Assembly: GCA_964019335.1 (NCBI GenBank)
Contig: OZ025664.1
Span: 62,001-126,000 of the forward strand
Reading direction: 5' to 3'
DNA from: Diplonema japonicum
Lineage: Eukaryota; Protista; Euglenozoa: Diplonemea
DNA length: 64,000 nt
Below, piece after piece: positions 58,029-64,000 of the stretch (the first letter of the stretch is position 1; each line of letters opens with the position of its first letter). The translations under genes and the position numbers were made by a program. Under the pieces are notes generated by a model that saw nothing but the letters and a program-made list of their open reading frames with translations, searched no databases and had not been told where the DNA came from.

Positions 58029-60119
58029 ATGAACGTTTCAGCAGCGAATGTGAAGCAACAGCCTGCAAACCCTTCAAATGTGAAGCAGGCACCTGCATCC
58101 CCGCATTCACTTTCCGAGCGCTCTGCAGTTGACATCAGCGGTCCTGTGGTGTCGCTTCCACGCAGCCTAGGGGCGTCAAAAAAGAGCTTGGGATCCAAAA
58201 ATATTAAGAGTTCGGCAGCTGCTGGTATTACACCTGCGTCAAGCCCCTCGCACGCGAGCAAGGTAAGTGCGGTGAGCAAGACAGCACCCATTAAGGCTGC
58301 TGTGGGTGTGAAGAGTTTGCCCCGACCGGGTGTGAAGAGCATGCCTATCAAGGGGGTCACATCCCCTTCTTTGTTACAAACGTCAGAACACCAGCTCAAA
58401 CGAGATGCCATCAAACTCATGGCTGTGCAGCAAGGTCGGCGGATGAGCGCCCACCGCCAGAGCAGCAACTCCACCACATCACGTACGGACCCTGTGCCAC
58501 GGTACCTCTCGATGTCAGGTCCGTCGCCCTTGGCTCTGCCCACATCACAGGGCAGCGTGCCTGCACCCTCTCCCTCCTACGAGGTAGCGAAGGACACGGT
58601 CCGCAAGGTGCGCGAGGCCATCGTATCCAAACACGGCACTCTGGCTGCATGGAGCAGTGACCTCAACATCGATGTACGGTCCAATGACCACGTTCTTCCC
58701 AAGCAAACTTTCCGTAATTCCCTCATCGGCCTTGGGGTTGGCGATGCTGTGGCCGACGGCATGGTGCGTGCAGTGGCCATCGATGAGAAGGATGTTTCGG
58801 TGTCGAAGTTCTTCAAGATAGCCACAGAAGGCTTCCATGAATCGGTGGTGAAGGTAAAACACGTGACAGTACAGGCCTGCAGTGGTGTGCGGGCCATAGT
58901 TGCTATATCGCCGAGCGACGGCGAAGAGAAAACCCTCATGGCTACTGCATCCCGTCTAGGTGTACGGAACCCTTATAGCGTGCAAGTGGTCAACGGCAGT
59001 GGCGGCAGGGTGTCCCTCACTTACCACACTGTGACGGACGGCGAGGTTTACTTCTTTAAAAACGTCAAGCAGGATACTGAAGCCGTAGAGGCCAGCACAT
59101 CGACTGCAACGCTCCCCGCACCGAAAGAAACACTGTACGCGGACTGCGCGACGAGCACAGCATCTCTGAAGCCACAGCTGTTTGAGACAGGCGCGGCATC
59201 ACCCCCTCAGAAGCGCCAGGTGCAAACTCCAGTGGAGCAGACGAAAGTAGATCTCGCGCAAGTGCACACACAAACCGATGTGCCAAGCAGCGACAAGCAG
59301 ACAGTCGCAGCAAGCGACGAGGAGCGCGGCGTGCATCTTGGGTACGATTCGTCTTCGAACAGCACGGAGCCAACTATACAAGTTGCGAGGCCACCACTGA
59401 CTAAAAAGAGTCTGCTCACAAGTCAGGTGCCAACTTACAAAGAAGAGAGGCTTATTCGTGCAGAGAGAGAGGTGAGCAATGTGCCCCCCACTCCCGCCAT
59501 GACAAAACCGAGGTTTGCAATGCCGACAAGAGAGGAACCAGTGATGCTACCACAGCCGATGCCCATGCTTCGTACTCCGCGTGCAGGTGACTTGTCGCTG
59601 CCTTTCGATCATGTGGTGCACCAATCTACGTCCCCCGGTGTTTCGGACCACTTCGGTGCTGCCTTCGGCGAGCAGCTGCGTTCAGAGAGGCTTCGTAGAG
59701 GGCTTCCTTTTGAGGAGTCTAATAGTTTGTTTTCGGGTAGGTTACTAGCCCCAGCTGCCCCAGCAATCGCTACACCAGCACCTCACGTGGCGTGGTCACC
59801 TCAAAGGGTTGTCCCTTATGCTTCAAAGGCGCCGCTCATCACTGCATCGTACCAAACGTACGAGATACGCGTTACACGTGTGAACCTCTCTTTACCTGTA
59901 GGCATCCATGTCGTGGGTGTGGTCGTTGAAGGCGTCGCCAGTCGCAGCCCTGCTGAGCTGGCGGGCATCAAGCCTGGTATGATGCTGCATGCCATCGATG
60001 GCCATCCCGTTGCCTCCTATGACTCAATCCAGGTATGTGACAGGCGAAAGGGTCGAATAAAACAGGAACGTCTCAAAGCAGCCTCCGCTAGCATCATCTT
60101 CTTGATTTCAGTCCCGTAG
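58029..60119 (+). CDS. Low-complexity protein with C-terminal PDZ domain; in-frame intron 60033-60065
   Basis: PVGIHV..VVEGVASRSPAELAGIKPGM.LHAIDGHPV. Confidence 0.75.
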   Translation: MNVSAANVKQQPANPSNVKQAPASPHSLSERSAVDISGPVVSLPRSLGASKKSLGSKNIKSSAAAGITPASSPSHASKVSAVSKTAPIKAAVGVKSLPRPGVKSMPIKGVTSPSLLQTSEHQLKRDAIKLMAVQQGRRMSAHRQSSNSTTSRTDPVPRYLSMSGPSPLALPTSQGSVPAPSPSYEVAKDTVRKVREAIVSKHGTLAAWSSDLNIDVRSNDHVLPKQTFRNSLIGLGVGDAVADGMVRAVAIDEKDVSVSKFFKIATEGFHESVVKVKHVTVQACSGVRAIVAISPSDGEEKTLMATASRLGVRNPYSVQVVNGSGGRVSLTYHTVTDGEVYFFKNVKQDTEAVEASTSTATLPAPKETLYADCATSTASLKPQLFETGAASPPQKRQVQTPVEQTKVDLAQVHTQTDVPSSDKQTVAASDEERGVHLGYDSSSNSTEPTIQVARPPLTKKSLLTSQVPTYKEERLIRAEREVSNVPPTPAMTKPRFAMPTREEPVMLPQPMPMLRTPRAGDLSLPFDHVVHQSTSPGVSDHFGAAFGEQLRSERLRRGLPFEESNSLFSGRLLAPAAPAIATPAPHVAWSPQRVVPYASKAPLITASYQTYEIRVTRVNLSLPVGIHVVGVVVEGVASRSPAELAGIKPGMMLHAIDGHPVASYDSIQVCDRRKGRIKQERLKAASASIIFLISVP

Positions 60120-60202
60120 TCTGTAGTTTTAGTAATAGACTTTGTATTATGTATCCACTTTAGTAGCGTACAGACGTGCCCAACCTCACGCAGGTCTGCA
60201 AA

Positions 60203-61992
60203 ATGTCCGAGTCAACAGGAATGGGAAACTTGGGCCCCGGGTACGGGGCAGTGGACACACCCAACAACAACAGGGACAGCGTGTCGAACTTGTCAGCTCG
60301 CTCGGGGGAGGAGGACGTAAGGGGCAGCAGGAGAAGCTTGAACCCTCTCAGGAACAGTGTTCGGAACAGCATGAATCCAAGAGGGAGCAGAATGGTGGAC
60401 CCCCTCCGAGCGAGCAGGAAGAGTTGGGCACCTGGGAACATAGCTTCGCGCATGTCAGTCACGATGCCCAACGCCATCCCTGTGCATGCTGACGAGCCCG
60501 ACACCCCCTTTCAGCTCATAAAACGGGAGTGTCACCTGATCATCGGTGCAGGTACATCGATCTTCTTCCTCATTTGGGGCGACCACCACACGCTGGAGAC
60601 TCTTGACGCTGGGCTCTTCGCTGTTATGTTCACATGGATCTTCTGTGTGATCTTGTGGCATGCTTTTGCTGTTGTTCGTCACGCGGACTGTCTTGCTGTG
60701 AGGCTCGGTGAACCGTATGGCACACTCATCCTGACTATCTCTGTGATCAGCATTGAAGTCATCATGATGGTGGCCCTCATGTTCAGTGCTGACAACCCGA
60801 CCAATGCGCGTGACACGATGTTCAGTGTCATCATGATCGTACTGAACGGCATGCTCGGTGTGACCCTCATCCTCGGTGGGGTGCGGCACTCTGAGCAGGA
60901 GTACAACTTCCAAAGCTCCCAGTCTTTCCTCAACGTTGTTACACCCCTGGGCGTTCTGAGCCTCATAATACCATCTTACACAAAGCACACTGGTGGATAC
61001 GGCGGGCAGGTCAGCAACTTCCATGCTGTCTTCCTGATCTTTACTTCGATTGCGTTGTATGGAACTTTCTTGTTGGTGCAGACCATCAAGCACCCTGAGT
61101 TCTTCATGTACTCCAACAAGTTCGGCGATGCTAGTGTTCACCAGGAAGACAGCTTCGACTTCGACTTTGACCTGGAAGCGTCACAGAATGGGAACAGCGA
61201 TAACAGTGGGAACATCATGGAAGAGGTGCAGAAGTTGAAGAGCGACCAGGGCAAGCTTGCGCAGTCTGTTTCAATCCTAACAAAGCAGCTGTGCACAGCT
61301 GGTGGGTCGCCCTACTCGGGTCCTGATAGCACGCCGCGTGCTTCGTTCGAGGGTGGCCCCTTCGAGGAGAGCGAGGACGAGCACGCAGGGCTTGTCATCC
61401 GCTCCACGAGGTACCACGCAGCGCTCCTGCTGCTGAGCATGGTGCCTGTTTCACTGCTTGCCGAAAAGCTTGCTGTGCTTGTTGAGAAACTGATTGATGA
61501 CTTGAATGCCCCGCACGCCATGGCAGGCTTCTTGATCGCTGTCCTTGTTCTGTCACCAGAAGCCATGGGGGCAGCAAAGGCAGCCCTTGCCAACAAGATC
61601 CAACGAACGGTGAACATTGCCCTTGGTATGCACAGAAAGAAGAAGAAGAACAACAACAACAACAACAACAACAACACAGGATCTGCATTGTCGACCATCG
61701 GGCTGACTGTGCCTGCTGTGCTGACGGTGAGCCTTGTTGCAGACAAAGAGGTGGAACTGGGTTTGAGCAGCATAAGCGTTGTGGTGTTCGTGTTGACCTT
61801 GTTGGTGTGCCAGACCACCTTTGGTGGTGGGAAGACGGGTATACTGCAGGTATGTGTGCACGCAAGGCATCACCACCACCACCACCACAGGGCGCTGTGC
61901 ACCTTGTCATCTTTGTCTCTTACGTAGCGCTGCTGTTTGAGATGCCCGACCAAGTGCTGGACACCCCTACTGTGAACGCTACATTGTTGTGA
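60203..61992 (+). CDS. chaA: ChaA-type Ca2+/H+ antiporter (CaCA family), copy 1; introns ~61626-61679, 61850-61890
   Basis: HADCLAVRLGEPYGTLILTISVISIEV, ARDT, VLSPE, VNIALGSALSTIGLTVPAV, LQGAVHL. Confidence 0.88.
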
Positions 61993-63183
61993 TTGTGATT
62001 TATTCCGTGTGAATTGTGTCCAGGTTGCTTGCTTGCTTGCTGCATGCAGACGTGTGTCTATTGAAGGAGGAGTTGTTTCCCCCGCCTCTCACCTATCATA
62101 GTCCCCGTGTGTGCGGAGTCTGAGTCTGAGAGGTGTTGTAAGTAATCTGGGAAATGAAAAGTGAAAAGCAAAAGAGAAGAAAAAAAAGGGGGTGAATGCC
62201 CTGACGTCCGATAGCTTGTATTTTTTTTTTTTTTTTTTTTTTTTTAACCAAAAAAAAAAACCTCTGGAAAAAAGACCTGGTGTCGCAAAAAAAAAAAAGA
62301 AGGGAAAAAAAATCTAAACTGAATGGACTGTAGCAGTCTCAGCTTCACGTGGCTTTTTCACGTACGTCCCTTGCACGGTGCATGGTGTCAAATTGCTTAT
62401 TATCTTGGTTAGTCCTCTTATTTTTGTTTTTGTTTGTGTTATTAATCTGCGTTGATGCAATTTCTATTCATTTTTCCACTTTCTGCTCCTTACTCCCTGT
62501 GCACTAGTTAGAAAAAAAAAATAAACAAGAAAAATAATGGACCAAGTCAAGAAGGAGAGGAAGGGGGAAGGCACGTCTACTTTTTTTTTTAATTATTATT
62601 TACTCCTACCTTTAACCTTTGACGTTATGTATTTTGTATTTTGTCAGCGTGCAGTTCCCATTTATAGTTCAGGGTTCTTTTTTTTCTTGTTTTTTTTAAA
62701 ATTTATTTTTGAATCGGTACTCTTGTCACCTTACCACCTTTCTCTTTCCACCCTTCGGCACTTTTCTTAAAGCTATCCCCACCCCCCTATTCTCGGTTTC
62801 TCGAAATTTAAGCACTAAGAGAAGGAAAATGAGATAGTTAGAAAGAGAAAAAGAAACGCCATCCTGTGTGTCGCGGGACTTCCCCTTCAACGTTTTCGGG
62901 GGGGTTTTTTTTTCTCTTTTCTTCTTTTGAGATTCGTCCGGGTGTTGGAGTGTTACCTTGAGTTGTCAGTTCTAACTATGGATTGATGAACTCTGGATTG
63001 AATAGAAAGGGGGGGGGAAAAAAAACCCCCTTAGTAGCTACTAAACGTAAGAAATGTGAGATGCCCCCTCCCCTCCTCTTATTGTTCGAACCTCTCTACG
63101 TGTTTTGTTGTAGCAGTCCATCTGATCTCCCACTGGATTGTGGAAGAAACTTTTGTGGTGACTTCTTGTTTTTTTGCAAGTAT

Positions 63184-63215
<32 letters not shown>

Positions 63216-63269
63216 CCTTCCTTCTCAATGTCATTGAAACCCTGAGTTTCCTACCAAACCACAGGCAAC

Positions 63270-64000
63270 ATGTCCGAATCAACAGGAATGGGAAACCTGG
63301 GCCCCGGGTACGGAGCAGTGGACACACCCAACAACAACAGGGACAGCGTGTCGAACTTGTCAGCTCGCTCGGGGGAGGAGGACGTAAGGAGCACAAGGAA
63401 CCCTCTCAGGAACAGTGTTCGGAACAGCATGAATCCAAGAGGGAGCAGAATGGTGGACCCCCTCCGAGCGAGCAGGAAGAGTTGGGCACCTGGGAACATA
63501 GCTTCGCGCATGTCAGTCACGATGCCCAACGCCATCCCTGTGCATGCTGACGAGCCCGACACCCCCTTTCAGCTCATAAAACGGGAGTGTCACCTGATCA
63601 TCGGTGCAGGTACATCGATCTTCTTCCTCATTTGGGGCGACCACCACACGCTGGAGACTCTTGACGCTGGGCTCTTCGCTGTTATGTTCACATGGATCTT
63701 CTGTGTGATCTTGTGGCATGCTTTTGCTGTTGTTCGTCACGCGGACTGTCTTGCTGTGAGGCTCGGTGAACCGTATGGCACACTCATCCTGACTATCTCT
63801 GTGATCAGCATTGAAGTCATCATGATGGTGGCCCTCATGTTCAGTGCAGATAAGCCGACCAATGCGCGTGACACGATGTTCAGTGTCATCATGATCGTGA
63901 TAAACGGCATGCTCGGTGTGACCCTCATCCTCGGTGGGGTGCGGCACTCTGAGCAGGAGTACAACTTCCAAAGCTCCCAGTCTTTCCTCAACGTTATTAC
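63270..64000 (+). CDS. chaA: ChaA-type antiporter, tandem copy 2 (truncated by window end)
   Basis: Near-identical to the 5' part of copy 1, with a 12-nt in-frame deletion. Confidence 0.88.
   Translation, partial: MSESTGMGNLGPGYGAVDTPNNNRDSVSNLSARSGEEDVRSTRNPLRNSVRNSMNPRGSRMVDPLRASRKSWAPGNIASRMSVTMPNAIPVHADEPDTPFQLIKRECHLIIGAGTSIFFLIWGDHHTLETLDAGLFAVMFTWIFCVILWHAFAVVRHADCLAVRLGEPYGTLILTISVISIEVIMMVALMFSADKPTNARDTMFSVIMIVINGMLGVTLILGGVRHSEQEYNFQSSQSFLNVI

Overview
Eukaryotic nuclear DNA from a euglenozoan, most likely a diplonemid or relative. Support: a nuclear F1-ATPase alpha ending in the trypanosome-type LLYSCKRAV, a kinetoplastid-type calpain-like protein, long same-strand gene clusters, and many cis-introns, which trypanosomatids lack. 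Positions 1-11.6 kb are a minus-strand cluster (PDZ-like protein, RING E3, SGNH/PC-esterase, two identical RPS8 CDSs, stand-alone pyrE, HIT protein). Positions 24.6-64 kb are a plus-strand cluster of about 19 genes (taxilin, ATP synthase alpha, patatin lipase, bestrophin-like, two MFS transporters, pseudo-calpain, P2X-like channel, CCT7, PB1-SH2 protein, CEP57-like, kelch, PH/discoidin, PDZ, tandem ChaA-like antiporters). Between them is a ~13 kb divergent strand-switch region that is strongly CpG-depleted. It contains nested TIR transposons with 7-bp TSDs, a Polinton/adintovirus-like PolB relic, a probable LINE remnant, a ~330-bp repeat with 50-bp tandem subunits and a long inverted repeat. 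Introns are tiny (about 31-56 nt), GT..AG, and mostly AC- or A-rich rather than pyrimidine-rich. At 55.4-57.9 kb is a cluster of 12 box C/D snoRNA copies in three families, enclosing a ~450-nt structured RNA candidate with RNase MRP/P-like features. All calls were made by eye with no database searches.
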